Positions 12,895-24,130 of a stretch of 64,000 bases of DNA are shown one piece after another. Position numbers and translations under genes: made by a program. Below the pieces are notes generated by a model that saw nothing but the letters and a program-made list of their open reading frames with translations, ran no database searches and had not been told where the DNA came from. The stretch is from Thermoanaerobaculia bacterium (lineage in GTDB: Bacteria > Acidobacteriota > Thermoanaerobaculia > UBA5066): assembly GCA_038245905.1 (NCBI GenBank), contig JBBRRY010000017.1:1-64000 (forward strand), given 5' to 3'. Each line of letters begins with the position of its first letter. Position 1 is the stretch's first letter.

Positions 12895-13260
12895 ATGAAG
12901 AAAAAGCAGCCGACATACTCCGGAAAGCGCCGGATTCGCAAGGACGACCTCGTGGTCGTCCTCACGGGGAAAGACCGCGGGGCCCAGGGGAAGATCCTCA
13001 AGATGCTGCCCGACAAGGGCCGCGCCGTCGTCGAGGGCGTGAACAAGATCAAGCGGGCCACGCGCGCGAATCCACAGAAGAACATCAAGGGCGGCATCCT
13101 CGAGCGCGAGGCGCCGATCGCCCTCTCCAACCTCATGCTCGTCGACCCCGAGGGCGGCAAGCCGACGCGCGTGGGAATCCGCCCGGAAGGCGGGGAGTGG
13201 GTGCGCTACGCCAAGAAGAGCAGGACGACCATCGGCACGCTCCGGCCGGCGGGCGAGTGA
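12895..13260 (+). CDS. rplX: 50S ribosomal protein L24
   Basis: [22 protein letters not shown]. Confidence 0.98.
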   Translation: MKKKQPTYSGKRRIRKDDLVVVLTGKDRGAQGKILKMLPDKGRAVVEGVNKIKRATRANPQKNIKGGILEREAPIALSNLMLVDPEGGKPTRVGIRPEGGEWVRYAKKSRTTIGTLRPAGE

Positions 13261-13267
13261 GGAGAGC

Positions 13268-13813
13268 ATGAGCACGCCGCGTCTCGCAGAGAAGTACCGA
13301 AAAGAAGTCGTTCCGGTCCTCAAGAAGGAGTTCGGGATCGACAATCCGATGGCGGTTCCGAAGGTCGAGAAGGTCGTCCTCAACATGGGGATCGGCGAAG
13401 CGATCACGAACGCGAAGCTCGTCGACACCGCCGCCGAGGAGCTCACGAAGATCGCCGGCCAGCGAGCCGTCGTGACCAAGGCGAAGAAGTCCATCGCCAC
13501 GTTCAAGCTGCGCGCGGGCATGCCGATCGGCTGCCGCGTCACGCTGCGCGGCGATCGGATGTACGAGTTCCTGGACCGCCTCATGAACGTCGCGCTTCCC
13601 AGGGTCCGCGACTTCCGCGGCGTGCCGACGCGCGCCTTCGACGGCCGGGGCAACTACACGCTCGGCGTCAAGGATCACCTCATCTTCCCCGAGATCGACC
13701 CCACGAAAATCGACAAGTCCAAGGGTCTCAACGTCACCATCGTCACGACGGCAGGCTCGGATGACCGGGCCCGGGTTCTTCTGAAGGAACTCGGAATGCC
13801 GTTCGGCCGATAG
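13268..13813 (+). CDS. rplE: 50S ribosomal protein L5
   Basis: [19 protein letters not shown]. Confidence 0.99.
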   Translation: MSTPRLAEKYRKEVVPVLKKEFGIDNPMAVPKVEKVVLNMGIGEAITNAKLVDTAAEELTKIAGQRAVVTKAKKSIATFKLRAGMPIGCRVTLRGDRMYEFLDRLMNVALPRVRDFRGVPTRAFDGRGNYTLGVKDHLIFPEIDPTKIDKSKGLNVTIVTTAGSDDRARVLLKELGMPFGR

Positions 13814-13832
13814 CAAGTCAAGGAGCGCAGGC

Positions 13833-14018
13833 ATGGCTCGTCGCGCCGCGATCATCAAGGCAAATTCAAAACTGAAGTACGCGATCCGCAAGCGAAACCG
13901 CTGCATGCGCTGCGGGCGTCCGCGGGCGTTTCTTCGCAAGTTCGGCTTGTGCCGCATTTGCTTCCGGAACCTCGCGCTCGCGGGCTACGTGCCCGGAGTG
14001 ACGAAGGCGTCGTGGTGA
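13833..14018 (+). CDS. rpsN: 30S ribosomal protein S14 (Zn-binding type Z)
   Basis: CMRCGRPR...[12 protein letters not shown]. Confidence 0.98.
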   Translation: MARRAAIIKANSKLKYAIRKRNRCMRCGRPRAFLRKFGLCRICFRNLALAGYVPGVTKASW

Positions 14019-14028
14019 GGAGGGGACG

Positions 14029-14427
14029 ATGAACATCAGCGATCCCGTCTCCGATCTCCTCGCGCGCCTCCGGAACGCGCTGTCGGCCCGGCACGAGAAG
14101 GCTGACGTCCCATCGTCGCGCTTCAAGGTCGAGCTGGCCCGCATCCTCAAGGATGAGGGTTACATCAAGAACTTCAAGGTCATGGACGACCGGGGCGGAA
14201 GCCTCCTCCGGCTTTACCTGAAGTACGACGACGCAGGGAACCCGGTCATCCACGGGTTGACGCGATCGAGCAAGCCCGGCCGCCGCCTGTATGCCGGCAA
14301 GGACGAGCTTCCGGAGGTCCTCGGCGGCCTCGGCGTCGCCATCGTCTCCACCTCGCAGGGCCTCCTCTCCGGCAACGACGCGAAAAAGCGCGGCGTTGGC
14401 GGCGAAGTCGTCTGCACGGTGTGGTGA
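14029..14427 (+). CDS. rpsH: 30S ribosomal protein S8
   Basis: DPVSDLLARLRNA, SKPGRRLY, VGGEVVC. Confidence 0.99.
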   Translation: MNISDPVSDLLARLRNALSARHEKADVPSSRFKVELARILKDEGYIKNFKVMDDRGGSLLRLYLKYDDAGNPVIHGLTRSSKPGRRLYAGKDELPEVLGGLGVAIVSTSQGLLSGNDAKKRGVGGEVVCTVW

Positions 14428-14436
14428 GGAACGCAT

Positions 14437-14994
14437 ATGTCGCGAGTCGGTAAGAAACCCATCACCATTCCCAAGGGAGTGGACGTCCAGGTCGCGGGCT
14501 CGACCGTCACCGTCAAGGGGCCGAAGGGCTCCGTCGTGACGCCGATCCTCGCGGGCATCTCGATCGAGAACAAGAGCGGCATTCTCAGCCTCATGCGCCG
14601 CGGCGAGGAGAAGAAGGACAAGGCCCTCCATGGACTGAACCGCGCGCTCCTCCAGAACGCCGTGAAGGGCGTGACCGAGGGCTTCAAGCGGGAGATCGAT
14701 CTCGTCGGAATCGGCTTCAAGGCCGAGAAGAAGGCCAAAGAAGTCGTGTTCTCCGTAGGCTTTTCCCACCAGGTGAAATTCCCCGTGCCGGAGGGAATCA
14801 CGATCGACGTGGCGCCCGACGCGAAAGCCAAGGACATCACGCACGTCATCGTGACCGGCGTCGACAAGCAGAAGGTCGGACAGACGGCCACCGAGATTCG
14901 CGGCATTCGTCCGCCGGACCCGTACAAACTGAAGGGATTCCGCTTTGTCGGCGAAATCCTGAAGAAGAAGGCCGGCAAGGCCACGGGCAAGTAA
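14437..14994 (+). CDS. rplF: 50S ribosomal protein L6
   Basis: [16 protein letters not shown]. Confidence 0.99.
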   Translation: MSRVGKKPITIPKGVDVQVAGSTVTVKGPKGSVVTPILAGISIENKSGILSLMRRGEEKKDKALHGLNRALLQNAVKGVTEGFKREIDLVGIGFKAEKKAKEVVFSVGFSHQVKFPVPEGITIDVAPDAKAKDITHVIVTGVDKQKVGQTATEIRGIRPPDPYKLKGFRFVGEILKKKAGKATGK

Positions 14995-15013
14995 GGTTAA
15001 GGAAGCAGGAACC

Positions 15014-15382
15014 ATGGACAAGGCAAGAGCCCGGGTCGAAGCGAAAACGCGCATCCATGCGCGCATCCGGCAGAAGGTCAAGGGCACGGCCGCGCGGCCG
15101 CGTCTCGCGGTGTCCCGCACCCTTCGCTGGATCTCCGTTCAGGTCATCGACGACGCCGCCGGTGCGACGCTCGCCCACGCGACGTCGCGCGAGGAAGGCG
15201 TGCGCGGAAAAGCGAAGAGCGCGGCCAACAAGACGGCCGCCGTCAAGGTGGGGACGCTCATCGCCGAGCGCGCCCAGGCCAAGGGGATTCAGGCGGTCGT
15301 GTTCGACCGCGGCGGCCATCTCTACCACGGCAACGTGAAAGCGCTCGCGGAAGCCGCCCGCGAGAAGGGGTTGAAGTTTTGA
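15014..15382 (+). CDS. rplR: 50S ribosomal protein L18
   Basis: [20 protein letters not shown]. Confidence 0.99.
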   Translation: MDKARARVEAKTRIHARIRQKVKGTAARPRLAVSRTLRWISVQVIDDAAGATLAHATSREEGVRGKAKSAANKTAAVKVGTLIAERAQAKGIQAVVFDRGGHLYHGNVKALAEAAREKGLKF

Positions 15383-16053
15383 GCAGCACTCCGCCAGCCA
15401 ATCGTCCTCCGCGCCCGAACCGTCCCGGCGGCCGCTCCGGCGGTCCCGGCGGCCCGCCCCAGCGCCCCGCCGGCGCTCTCGGTGAAGGCCGCGCGGGAGC
15501 CGACCTCATCGACCACGTCGTCCACATCAACCGCGTCACGAAGGTCGTAAAAGGCGGCAAGAACTTCTCGTTCTCGGCCCTCGTCGTCGTGGGCGACGGG
15601 CATGGCCGCGTCGGCTATGGTGCCGGCAAGGCGAAGGAAGTCCCGATGGCCATCAAGAAGGGCATCGAGATGGCGAAGAAGAAGATGATCAGCGTCCCCC
15701 TGAAGGGCAAGACGATCCCGCATCCGATCGTCGGCCACTACGGCGCCGGCCGGGTCATGCTGAAGCCGGCTTCCGAAGGCACGGGCGTCATCGCAGGCGG
15801 TGCCGTCCGCGCGGTGCTCGAGTCGGCCGGAGTCCAGAACATCCTCACGAAGTCCCTCGGCACGACGAACCCGCACAACGTCGTCAAGGCCACGTTCGAC
15901 GCGCTGCTGCACCTGCAGCTCGAGTCGACGATCGCCCGGGCGCGCGGCCTGGGCAGCAACGAGCCGAAGGCCGCCGAACCCGTGACTGCGCTCGCGCCCA
16001 CAACGGCGCTCGCGCCGGCCGTGGACGTCGATGCCACGGAGAAAATCGGATGA
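15379..16053 (+). CDS. rpsE: 30S ribosomal protein S5
   Basis: [20 protein letters not shown]; TTGA overlap start. Confidence 0.98.
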   Translation: MSSTPPANRPPRPNRPGGRSGGPGGPPQRPAGALGEGRAGADLIDHVVHINRVTKVVKGGKNFSFSALVVVGDGHGRVGYGAGKAKEVPMAIKKGIEMAKKKMISVPLKGKTIPHPIVGHYGAGRVMLKPASEGTGVIAGGAVRAVLESAGVQNILTKSLGTTNPHNVVKATFDALLHLQLESTIARARGLGSNEPKAAEPVTALAPTTALAPAVDVDATEKIG

Positions 16054-16301
16054 GCGAAGCGCAGAAAAAAGAGAAGAAAAAGCCCACGGCCGCCGCGAAG
16101 GCGGTGGCTCCGAAGCACATTCGCATTCGCCAGATCAAGTCTGGCATCTGCACGCCCGTCGACCAGAAACAGACTCTCTTCGGGCTCGGCCTCCGCCGCA
16201 TCAGGCAGGAAGTCGTCCGCCTCGACACCCCGGCGATCCGGGGCCAGGTCCACAAAGTCCGCCACCTCGTCGAAATCGTCGAGGGCGGCGCGGCGAGGTA
16301 A
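16050..16301 (+). CDS. rpmD: 50S ribosomal protein L30
   Basis: [29 protein letters not shown]. Confidence 0.96.
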   Translation: MSEAQKKEKKKPTAAAKAVAPKHIRIRQIKSGICTPVDQKQTLFGLGLRRIRQEVVRLDTPAIRGQVHKVRHLVEIVEGGAAR

Positions 16302-16304
16302 CGC

Positions 16305-16766
16305 ATGTCGCACGTGTCGCACGGACTCCACAACCTCGGGCCCCGCAAGGGCGCGACCCAGACGAAAAAGCGAGTTGGCCGCGGTCCTGGCTCCGGTCTC
16401 GGCAAGACGTCGGGCAAGGGCCACAAAGGCCAGAACTCGCGCAGCGGCTATTCGCATCTGCGCGGCCACGAAGGCGGACAGAACCCGCTCCACCGCCGGC
16501 TTCCGAAGCGCGGCTTCACGAACATTTTCCGCAAGGAGTGGACGACGGTCAGCGTCGAGGCTCTCGAGCGTATGTTCAAGGCGGGTGACGCGGTCACCCT
16601 CGAGGCCCTCAAGAGCGCTGGAGTCAAGAAGACGAGCCAGGGCGTGAAGGTTCTCGGCTCGGGCGAGCTCAAGAAGGCGCTCGTCGTCTCCGCGCACCAC
16701 TTCACGGAAGGCGCGAAGAAGAAGATCGAAGCCGCCGGCGGCCGCTGCGAGGTCGTGGCTCGGTAA
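16305..16766 (+). CDS. rplO: 50S ribosomal protein L15
   Basis: [37 protein letters not shown]. Confidence 0.99.
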   Translation: MSHVSHGLHNLGPRKGATQTKKRVGRGPGSGLGKTSGKGHKGQNSRSGYSHLRGHEGGQNPLHRRLPKRGFTNIFRKEWTTVSVEALERMFKAGDAVTLEALKSAGVKKTSQGVKVLGSGELKKALVVSAHHFTEGAKKKIEAAGGRCEVVAR

Positions 16767-18169
16767 TGCAGATCCTCGAGTCGTTCCGCAACATTTTCGC
16801 GATCCCGGACCTGAGGAAACGTGTCCTCTTCACGTTCGGGCTGCTTGCGATCTACCGGATCGGTTCGCACATCCCGACGCCCGGTCTCGACGCGTCCGCC
16901 CTCGAAGAGTTCTTCAAGGCGAGCGCCGGGGGGCTGCTCGGCTTCCTCGACGTGTTCTCGGGCGGGGCGCTCCGGCGGCTGTCCGTGTTCGCGCTCGGCA
17001 TCACGCCATACATCACGGCGTCGATCATCCTTCAGCTCCTGACGGTCGTCTGGCCCTACCTCGAGAAGCTCTCGAAGGAAGGAGAGATGGGACGCCGGAA
17101 GATCACGCAGTACACGCGCTACGGCACGGTCATCCTCTCGGTCGTCCAGGGGACCGGCATCTCGCTCTGGCTCTGGAGCCAGACGACGCCGAGCGGGCGG
17201 TTCCTCGCGCTGCGCGACCCGGGATCGGACGCGGGCAAGCTCGGGTTCGTCCTCATGGCGATCCTGACGCTCACGACGGGCACGGCGTTCGTCATGTGGC
17301 TCGGCGAGCAGATAACGGAACGAGGAATCGGTAACGGGATTTCGCTGATCATCTTCGCAGGCATCGTCGCCGGGTTCCCGGGCGCGGTCATCAACTCGAT
17401 CCAGCAGGTCCAGCGCGGCGCCATGTCGCTCTTCACGGGGCTCATCCTCCTCGTCTTCATGATCGGGGTGGTTGCGGCAATCGTCTTCGTCGAGCGCGCC
17501 CAGCGGCGCATCCCGGTGCAATACGCAAAACGCGTCGTCGGCCGGAAGGTCTACGGAGGCCAGAACACGTACCTGCCCCTGCGCGTGAACACGGGCGGCG
17601 TCATCCCGATCATTTTCGCGGTCTCGATCATCCAGTTCCCGCAGTACATCGCGTCCGCGTTCAAGAGCGACTTCATGAAGAAGATCGCCGAGCAGCTCTC
17701 CATCGGGCAGCCGCTCTACAACCTCTTCTATGCGCTCGGCATCATCTTCTTCTGCTACTTCTACATTTCGATCATCTTCAACCCGAACGACACGGCCGAG
17801 AACATGCGCAAGTACGGCGGCTTCATCCCGGGCATCCGCCCCGGAAAGGCCACGTCGGACTACATCGACAACGTGCTCACGCGCATCACCCTCATCGGCG
17901 CTCTCTATCTCGTGGTCGTCGCCCTCATCCCCGAGTTCCTCACGATGGGCTTCAAGGTGCAGGGCATTCCGGGCATCGGCCCGTGGCTCGACGGGCACCT
18001 GCCCGCGTTCGTGACGCAGGGCCTCGGCATCACGTTCTTCTTCGGCGGCACGTCGCTTCTCATCGTCGTGGGCGTCGCCATGGACACGGTCCAGCAAGTG
18101 GAGTCGCAGCTCGTCATGCGTAACTACGATGGCTTCCTCAAGAAGGGCCGCATCCGGGGGCGTCGCTGA
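16766..18169 (+). CDS. secY: Preprotein translocase SecY
   Basis: LGITPYITASII, WLGEQITERGIGNGISL, GGTSLLIVVGV. Confidence 0.99.
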   Translation: MQILESFRNIFAIPDLRKRVLFTFGLLAIYRIGSHIPTPGLDASALEEFFKASAGGLLGFLDVFSGGALRRLSVFALGITPYITASIILQLLTVVWPYLEKLSKEGEMGRRKITQYTRYGTVILSVVQGTGISLWLWSQTTPSGRFLALRDPGSDAGKLGFVLMAILTLTTGTAFVMWLGEQITERGIGNGISLIIFAGIVAGFPGAVINSIQQVQRGAMSLFTGLILLVFMIGVVAAIVFVERAQRRIPVQYAKRVVGRKVYGGQNTYLPLRVNTGGVIPIIFAVSIIQFPQYIASAFKSDFMKKIAEQLSIGQPLYNLFYALGIIFFCYFYISIIFNPNDTAENMRKYGGFIPGIRPGKATSDYIDNVLTRITLIGALYLVVVALIPEFLTMGFKVQGIPGIGPWLDGHLPAFVTQGLGITFFFGGTSLLIVVGVAMDTVQQVESQLVMRNYDGFLKKGRIRGRR

Positions 18170-18173
18170 CGAC

Positions 18174-18743
18174 ATGCCATCCGCCGTCGTTTTCTTCGGC
18201 CCTCCCGGCTCGGGAAAGGGGACTCAGGCGTCGCGGCTCGCGGCGTCGCTGGGGATTCCCCAGGTCTCGACCGGAGACCTCCTCCGGAGTCACGTCTCAC
18301 GGGGAACGGCGCTCGGCGGAATCGCGAAACCCATCATGGAGTCGGGCGCGCTCGTGCCGGACGATCTCGTGACGAAGATGCTGAAAGAGCGGCTCGCCGA
18401 GGCCGACGCGAAAAGCGGGGCGATTTTCGACGGGTATCCGAGAACGGTCGCACAGGCCCAGTCTCTCGAGGCGCTCCTCGAGGGCGCCGGCGGCCGCGTG
18501 AACCCGGTGCTCTTCATCGACGTGCCCGACACAACGCTCGTCGACCGGTTGCTCAAGCGCGCCACCCTAGAAGGTCGTGCGGACGACACGAAGGAGACAA
18601 TCGCCGAGCGGCTGCGCGTGTATCGCGAGAAGACGGCGCCGCTTGCCGACCTCTACGCGAAGGCCGGTGTTCTCGTGAAGATCGATGGCGACCGCTCCGT
18701 CGAGGCCGTCGCGGTGGACGTGCGCCGGGCGGTGATCGCGTGA
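18174..18743 (+). CDS. adk: Adenylate kinase (short LID)
   Basis: GPPGSGKGTQ, STGDLLR, DGYPR, GRADD. Confidence 0.97.
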   Translation: MPSAVVFFGPPGSGKGTQASRLAASLGIPQVSTGDLLRSHVSRGTALGGIAKPIMESGALVPDDLVTKMLKERLAEADAKSGAIFDGYPRTVAQAQSLEALLEGAGGRVNPVLFIDVPDTTLVDRLLKRATLEGRADDTKETIAERLRVYREKTAPLADLYAKAGVLVKIDGDRSVEAVAVDVRRAVIA

Positions 18744-19558
18744 TCACCTGCAAGGGCAAGTCGGAGATCCTCAAGATGGAGCACGCGGCCCGCATCGTGC
18801 ACGAGACGTTGTCCGAGTGTGTGGCGGCGTGCCTCGCCGGGAGGACGACGGAGGAGATCGACCGCATCGCGGCGGCCGGCATCGCGTCTCGCGGCGGCAA
18901 GCCCGCATTCCCGGGCTATCGCGGCTACCCCAAGACGCTCTGCATCTCGATCAACGACGAGGTGGTTCACGGCATCCCGTCGACGAAGCGCGTCCTCAAG
19001 GCGGGCGACGTCGTGGGGCTGGACCTGGGCGCGATCGTCGAGGGCTACTACGCGGACGCCGCGCGCTCGATCGCCGTCGAGCCGGTGCCCGCCCCGGTGC
19101 GGGAGTTGATCGACACGACGCACGCTGCCCTCCTTGCCGGTATCGGGGCCGTCGTCGTCGGCGGCCGCATCGGCGACATCGGGGCGGCCGTCGAGGCCGT
19201 CGCGAGGAGCAAGAAGTACGGCGTCGTTCGTGAGTTCGTGGGCCACGGGATCGGTACGGCGCTCCATGAAGAGCCGCAGGTTCCGAACTACGGCCCCGGC
19301 GGCAAGCGCGAGATCATCCGCGAGGGGATGGTCCTTGCCATCGAGCCGATGTTCAACCTCGGCGCCGCGGCGGTCACGACCGATGCCGACGGATGGACCG
19401 TGCGCACGAAGGACGGTCGGCCCTCGGCGCATTTCGAGCACACGGTGGTGGCGACGGCCAAGGGGCCGGTCGTCCTCGGGTTCGGGCGATTCACGGCCGG
19501 TTCGGCGCAGACGGGCGCCCCCGGTCTTCACGAGTATCCGCTTCCCGTCGCGGTTTGA
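18740..19558 (+). CDS. map: Methionine aminopeptidase type I
   Basis: SINDEVVHGIP, GHGIG, HEEP, AIEPM, SAHFEHT. Confidence 0.98.
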   Translation: MITCKGKSEILKMEHAARIVHETLSECVAACLAGRTTEEIDRIAAAGIASRGGKPAFPGYRGYPKTLCISINDEVVHGIPSTKRVLKAGDVVGLDLGAIVEGYYADAARSIAVEPVPAPVRELIDTTHAALLAGIGAVVVGGRIGDIGAAVEAVARSKKYGVVREFVGHGIGTALHEEPQVPNYGPGGKREIIREGMVLAIEPMFNLGAAAVTTDADGWTVRTKDGRPSAHFEHTVVATAKGPVVLGFGRFTAGSAQTGAPGLHEYPLPVAV

Positions 19559-19579
19559 CGGCAGCGAGACAGAAGGTTT

Positions 19580-19798
19580 ATGTCGAAGGAAGACGCCATC
19601 GAAGTGACCGCAACGGTGATCGAGCCGCTGCCGAACGCGATGTTCAAGGTCGAGTTGGAAAACAAACATCAGGTGCTCGCACACATCTCCGGCAAGATGC
19701 GGAAACATTTCATCCGAATCCTGCCGGGAGACAAGGTCCTCGTCGAACTCTCGCCGTACGACCTGACGCGCGGGCGCATCATCTACCGGTACAAGTGA
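19580..19798 (+). CDS. infA: Translation initiation factor IF-1
   Basis: [21 protein letters not shown]. Confidence 0.99.
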   Translation: MSKEDAIEVTATVIEPLPNAMFKVELENKHQVLAHISGKMRKHFIRILPGDKVLVELSPYDLTRGRIIYRYK

Positions 19799-19811
19799 AT
19801 CGAGGTCTCGC

Positions 19812-19925
19812 ATGAAAGTCCGCACGTCCGTCAAGAAGATCTGCAGCAAGTGCAAGGTGATCCGCCGCGCCGGCGTGGTGCGGGTCATTTGCGAGAACGT
19901 CAAGCACAAGCAGCGTCAGGGCTGA
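19812..19925 (+). CDS. rpmJ: 50S ribosomal protein L36 (not in the ORF track)
   Basis: Manual translation [37 protein letters not shown]. Confidence 0.98.
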   Translation: MKVRTSVKKICSKCKVIRRAGVVRVICENVKHKQRQG

Positions 19926-19938
19926 AGAGGAATTCGCA

Positions 19939-20322
19939 ATGGCTCGTATCGCAGGCGTCGACCTTCCCCCGAACAAGCGCGTCGAAATCGGCCTGACCTA
20001 CATTTTCGGGATCGGCCGTCCAAGCTCCGGAAAGATCCTGGAGACCGCAAAGGTCGACCGGAACACGCGCGTCAAGGATCTCTCCGAGGACGAGGTTTCC
20101 CGGATCCGCAAGACGATCCAGGACGACTATGAGGTCGAGGGCGATCTCCGCAAGGAGACGTCCCAGGACATCAAGCGGCTCATGGAGATCGGCTGCTATC
20201 GCGGCGTCCGGCACCGCCGGAACCTCCCCGTCCGCGGTCAGCGCACACACACGAACGCCCGCACGCGGAAGGGGCCCCGCAAGGGCGCCGTGGCCGGCAA
20301 GAAGAAGGCTACGAAAAAGTAG
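19939..20322 (+). CDS. rpsM: 30S ribosomal protein S13
   Basis: [25 protein letters not shown]. Confidence 0.99.
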   Translation: MARIAGVDLPPNKRVEIGLTYIFGIGRPSSGKILETAKVDRNTRVKDLSEDEVSRIRKTIQDDYEVEGDLRKETSQDIKRLMEIGCYRGVRHRRNLPVRGQRTHTNARTRKGPRKGAVAGKKKATKK

Positions 20323-20326
20323 GTAA

Positions 20327-20761
20327 ATGATGGCTACACCAACTGAAGCTTCCGCGACCGCGAAACCCGCGACTCCCAAGGGCAAGAAGAAGGGTCCGAA
20401 AAGGGATAAGAAGAACATCCCACACGCGCTAGCGACGGTGCAGGCGTCCTTCAACAACACGATCGTCTCGATCACCGACCAGCAGGGCAACGTCCTCGCC
20501 TGGTCGTCGGCGGGGCGCATCGGGTTCAAGGGCTCGCGCAAAGGCACCCCCTTCGCGGCGCAGCTGGCCGCCGGGAACGCCGCGCAGATCGCCCAGGAGA
20601 GCGGCGTCCGCTCGCTGGACGTCCGCGTGAACGGACCGGGCGCCGGCCGCGAGAGCGCGATCCGAGCCCTCGCAGCCGCGGGCATCGACATCCGTTCCAT
20701 CAAGGACGCGACGCCGATCCCGCACAACGGCTGCCGCCCGCGCAAGCGGCGGCGGGTCTGA
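20327..20761 (+). CDS. rpsK: 30S ribosomal protein S11
   Basis: [18 protein letters not shown]. Confidence 0.99.
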   Translation: MMATPTEASATAKPATPKGKKKGPKRDKKNIPHALATVQASFNNTIVSITDQQGNVLAWSSAGRIGFKGSRKGTPFAAQLAAGNAAQIAQESGVRSLDVRVNGPGAGRESAIRALAAAGIDIRSIKDATPIPHNGCRPRKRRRV

Positions 20762-20763
20762 GA

Positions 20764-20793
20764 GGCGCCCCTCTTACCTTCTAAGAATTCTTC
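20764..20793 (+). repeat. Dispersed motif, intergenic near-consensus copy
   Basis: GGCGCCCCTCTTACCTTCTAAGAATTCTTC directly after the rpsK stop. Confidence 0.75.
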
Positions 20794-20886
20794 GGAATTC
20801 TTCGTCCGTAAACCGAGCTCTCGATTCCGGGCCGGGAAGAAGGACGCAATGAAATGACGGAATCGGACGAGAGGTCGTGATTTCCC

Positions 20887-21513
20887 GTGGCTCGTTATCG
20901 TGAATCGGTCTGCCGGCTCTGCCGGCGCGAAGCAATGAAGCTGTTCCTCAAGGGGGACCGCTGTTTCACCAACAAGTGCGCGATCGAGCGCCGCAATTTT
21001 CCGCCCGGCCAGCACGGCAAGCGTCGCTCCAAGATCCTCGGCTACGGCATCCAGCTTCGTGAGAAGCAGAAGCTGAAGAGGTTCTACGGGGTGCTCGAGG
21101 GCCAGTTCCGGCTCACGTTCGAGGCCGCCGAGCGCATGCGCGGCGTCACGGGCGAGAACCTCCTCTCGCTCCTGGAACGCCGTCTCGACAACGTCGTTCA
21201 CCGCCTCGGCTTCTCCGGCTCGCGCGCTCAGGCGCGCCAGCTCGTCCGTCACGGGCATGTCCGCGTGAACGGCAAGAAGGTGAACGTGCCGAGCTATGTC
21301 GTCGGCACGGGCGCCCTCGTCTCCGTCAAGGAGAAGAGCAAGGCGAATCCGCTCATCGCCGGCGCCGTCGAAACGGCCAAGGGCCGCGGAATCCCGGCGT
21401 GGCTCGAGCTGAACGCGGCGGAATTCCAGGGCAAGGTCGTCAAGCTTCCGAAGCGCGAAGACGTCGCGCTGCAGGTCAACGAAAAGCTCATCGTCGAGCT
21501 GTACTCGAAGTAG
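20887..21513 (+). CDS. rpsD: 30S ribosomal protein S4
   Basis: [24 protein letters not shown]. Confidence 0.99.
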   Translation: MARYRESVCRLCRREAMKLFLKGDRCFTNKCAIERRNFPPGQHGKRRSKILGYGIQLREKQKLKRFYGVLEGQFRLTFEAAERMRGVTGENLLSLLERRLDNVVHRLGFSGSRAQARQLVRHGHVRVNGKKVNVPSYVVGTGALVSVKEKSKANPLIAGAVETAKGRGIPAWLELNAAEFQGKVVKLPKREDVALQVNEKLIVELYSK

Positions 21514-21576
21514 TTCCGTCACGAACACTCCCGCGCGCGCCGCTCAGCGGATCAGTCGCAGGGACAGGAGAAACAG

Positions 21577-22548
21577 ATGTTGTGGAAGGGTTTTCAACGT
21601 CCGAACCGTCTCGAGGTCGATGAAGAGAAGGGCAACTACGGCCGTTTCACGGCGCAACCGCTCGAGCGGGGCTGGGGCACGACGGTCGGCAACGCGCTTC
21701 GCCGCGTTCTTCTCTCGTCGATCGAGGGTGCCGCGGTCACCGCGGTGAAGATCGAGGGCGTGGAGCACGAGTTCACGGCCGTCCCGGGCGTCGTCGAAGA
21801 CGTCACGGACATCATCCTCAATCTCAAGGGCCTCGCGATTCGTCTGCACGATGACGGCCCGCGCGCGCTCACGCTCGACGTCAAGACGAAGGGCGGCGTG
21901 ACCGCCGACGCCTTCGAGGACGACGCGCAGCTCGAGATTCTCAATCCCGACGCCCCCGTCGCGACGCTGGCCGACGGAGGCCGCCTGCGTCTCGAGGCCA
22001 CGGTCAGCAAGGGCCGTGGCTATGTGCCGGCCGACCGCAACTTCGACCCGGAGGCACCGATCGGAACGATTCCGCTCGATTCGGCCCACTCGCCCGTGCG
22101 CCGCGTGAACTATCACGTCGAGGCGGCTCGCGTCGGCCAGGCGACGGACTACGACAAGCTCGTCATCGAAGTCTGGACGAACGGCACGATCACTCCGCGC
22201 GACGCCGTTGGCGTGGCCGCGGTTCTCATCCGCGACCATCTCGCGATTTTCGTGAACGTCGAGACGGACGAGGCGGCCCAGGCGGCCGGAGCCGAGATGC
22301 CCCAGAGCGAGCTCGACGCTCTGCTCGACACGAACGTCGAGGAGCTCGAGCTTTCCGTGCGCAGCGCGAATTGCCTCAAGAACGCCGGCATCCGCACGCT
22401 TCGCGAGCTGGTCCAGAAGACCGAAAGGGACATGCTCGAGACGAAGAACTTCGGGCGGAAGAGCCTGAACGAGATCAAGGACATCCTGCGCGACAAGGGC
22501 CTCGCCTTCGGCATGAAGCTCGAGTCTCCGGCCGGCGCGGGTCGCTGA
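21577..22548 (+). CDS. rpoA: RNA polymerase alpha subunit
   Basis: [37 protein letters not shown]. Confidence 0.99.
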   Translation: MLWKGFQRPNRLEVDEEKGNYGRFTAQPLERGWGTTVGNALRRVLLSSIEGAAVTAVKIEGVEHEFTAVPGVVEDVTDIILNLKGLAIRLHDDGPRALTLDVKTKGGVTADAFEDDAQLEILNPDAPVATLADGGRLRLEATVSKGRGYVPADRNFDPEAPIGTIPLDSAHSPVRRVNYHVEAARVGQATDYDKLVIEVWTNGTITPRDAVGVAAVLIRDHLAIFVNVETDEAAQAAGAEMPQSELDALLDTNVEELELSVRSANCLKNAGIRTLRELVQKTERDMLETKNFGRKSLNEIKDILRDKGLAFGMKLESPAGAGR

Positions 22549-22555
22549 GGAATCC

Positions 22556-23194
22556 ATGCAGCACAATCGAGCGGGCCGCAAGCTCGGCCGGACGACAGCG
22601 CATCGCAAGTCGCTGTTTCGGAACCAGCTTTCGTCCCTCATTACCCACGAGCGGATCCAGACGACGCTGCCGAAGGCGAAAGACCTCCGGCCGCTCATCG
22701 AGAAGATGGTCACCCTCGGAAAGCGGGGCGGTCTACACGCGCGACGTCTCGCCCTGAAGACCATCCCTGAGGCGACGACTGTCAAGAAGCTCTTCGAGGA
22801 GATCGCGCCGCGCTTCAAAGAGCGGGCCGGTGGCTACACTCGCATCATGAAGCTCGGACGGCGTCAAGGCGACGGCGCCGAGATGGCAATCCTCGAGTTC
22901 ATCGACTTCGACTGGGCGCACCGCCAGGCGGCCAAGAAGGTTGCCGCGAAGGCCGCCGACGAGAAAAAGCAGTCGCTTCTCGAGAAGGCCAAGAAGCTCG
23001 TCTCGGGCAAGAGTGACGACAAGGCCGAGAAAAAGGGCGACGGCGCCGAAGGCTCTGATGACGCCGAGAAGGCCGAGAAAAAGGCCAAGGTGCCTGTCGA
23101 AAAGAAGAAGGGCTACACGGCTCCGAAGGGACCCAGAGGCTCAGGACCGAAGAGCGGCGGCTCCCACGGCGGCGGCAAGCGCAAGACCGGCTAG
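22556..23194 (+). CDS. rplQ: 50S ribosomal protein L17 with long charged tail
   Basis: [32 protein letters not shown]. Confidence 0.98.
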   Translation: MQHNRAGRKLGRTTAHRKSLFRNQLSSLITHERIQTTLPKAKDLRPLIEKMVTLGKRGGLHARRLALKTIPEATTVKKLFEEIAPRFKERAGGYTRIMKLGRRQGDGAEMAILEFIDFDWAHRQAAKKVAAKAADEKKQSLLEKAKKLVSGKSDDKAEKKGDGAEGSDDAEKAEKKAKVPVEKKKGYTAPKGPRGSGPKSGGSHGGGKRKTG

Positions 23195-23228
23195 GTAGAC
23201 AGGAAAGATAGAGAAGAGACTCGGATAC

Positions 23229-23254
23229 GGATTTTCTTAAAAGGTTAAGAGGGG
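23229..23254 (-). repeat. Dispersed motif, intergenic reverse copy
   Basis: Reverse complement CCCCTCTTAACCTTTTAAGAAAATCC, abutting the terminator. Confidence 0.7.
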
Positions 23255-23278
23255 CCCCGGTTCGCCGGGGCCTTTTTT
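23253..23278 (+). terminator. Rho-independent terminator of the alpha operon
   Basis: GGCCCCGG-TTCG-CCGGGGCC followed by TTTTTT. Confidence 0.9.
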
Positions 23279-23292
23279 CATGAGGGGGGCTT

Positions 23293-23685
23293 CTACCCGA
23301 GCGCTTTCTCGATCTCCTGTATGAGGACCTTCGTCGAGAAGGGTTTCGTGATGTAGCTCGACGCCCCGAGCCGGAGTCCGAGGTCGCGCTCCGACGGCAG
23401 CGTGCGCGCCGTCAGCATCACGATCGGCAGACGGGACGTGGCCGGGTTTTCCTTCAGGATGCGGCAGACGTCGAAGCCCGTGAGGCCGGGCGTGAGGGAC
23501 ACGTCGAGGAGCACGAGGTCGGGCGCTTCCTCGCGCACCATCCGGAGGGCCTCTTCGCCGCCGGTCGCCTCCACAGGCAGGAGTCCCGTCAGGCGGAGCT
23601 TGAAGGAGAGGATCTTCAGGATCGTCGGTTCGTCGTCCACGACCAGGATCTTTCGGCCCGCAAGGCCCGGGGGAAGGCTGCTCAT
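23293..23685 (-). CDS. Single-domain response regulator
   Basis: ILVVDDE, DLVLLD, MLTA, KPF. Confidence 0.93.
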   Translation of the reverse strand: MSSLPPGLAGRKILVVDDEPTILKILSFKLRLTGLLPVEATGGEEALRMVREEAPDLVLLDVSLTPGLTGFDVCRILKENPATSRLPIVMLTARTLPSERDLGLRLGASSYITKPFSTKVLIQEIEKALG

Positions 23686-23692
23686 CGAGCCG

Positions 23693-24130
23693 TCATTCTA
23701 GCGAGAGCGCGGCGCCGGTCAGCACGACGACAGCGGCGGCCATCTCCCGCGTGTGGGTGATCGTGACGTGGGCGCCCGTGACGCCGAGGCGCGCTCCGTG
23801 GAGGCGGGCCCGTCCGAAGAGGGCGAGCCGGGGCGGACCGCCGGGACTGCGCACGATGGCGAGCTCGCGAAACGCGATTCCGCGCATTCCTGTCCCGAGC
23901 GCTTTCATCGCCGCCTCTTTCGCCGCGAAGAGCCCCGCGACATGCTCCGCGTACGCCGGCGATTCGGGGGGGCGGCGGACCTCGCCCGGCCGGAAGAGCC
24001 TCTCGGCAAAGCGCGCTCCGTGGCGTGCGATCGCGCGCGCCACCCGTGGAATCTCGCAGAGGTCGACGCCGAGTCCGACCACTCCCGATCCCGGAGGAAG
24101 GCCGTCCTCCGGACCGACGCGGCTGCTCAC
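23693..24130 (-). CDS. acpS: Holo-[acyl-carrier-protein] synthase
   Basis: GLGVDLCEI, AGLFAAKEAAMKALGTG, VTITH; the GTG start overlaps the upstream stop. Confidence 0.92.
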   Translation of the reverse strand: MSSRVGPEDGLPPGSGVVGLGVDLCEIPRVARAIARHGARFAERLFRPGEVRRPPESPAYAEHVAGLFAAKEAAMKALGTGMRGIAFRELAIVRSPGGPPRLALFGRARLHGARLGVTGAHVTITHTREMAAAVVVLTGAALSLE

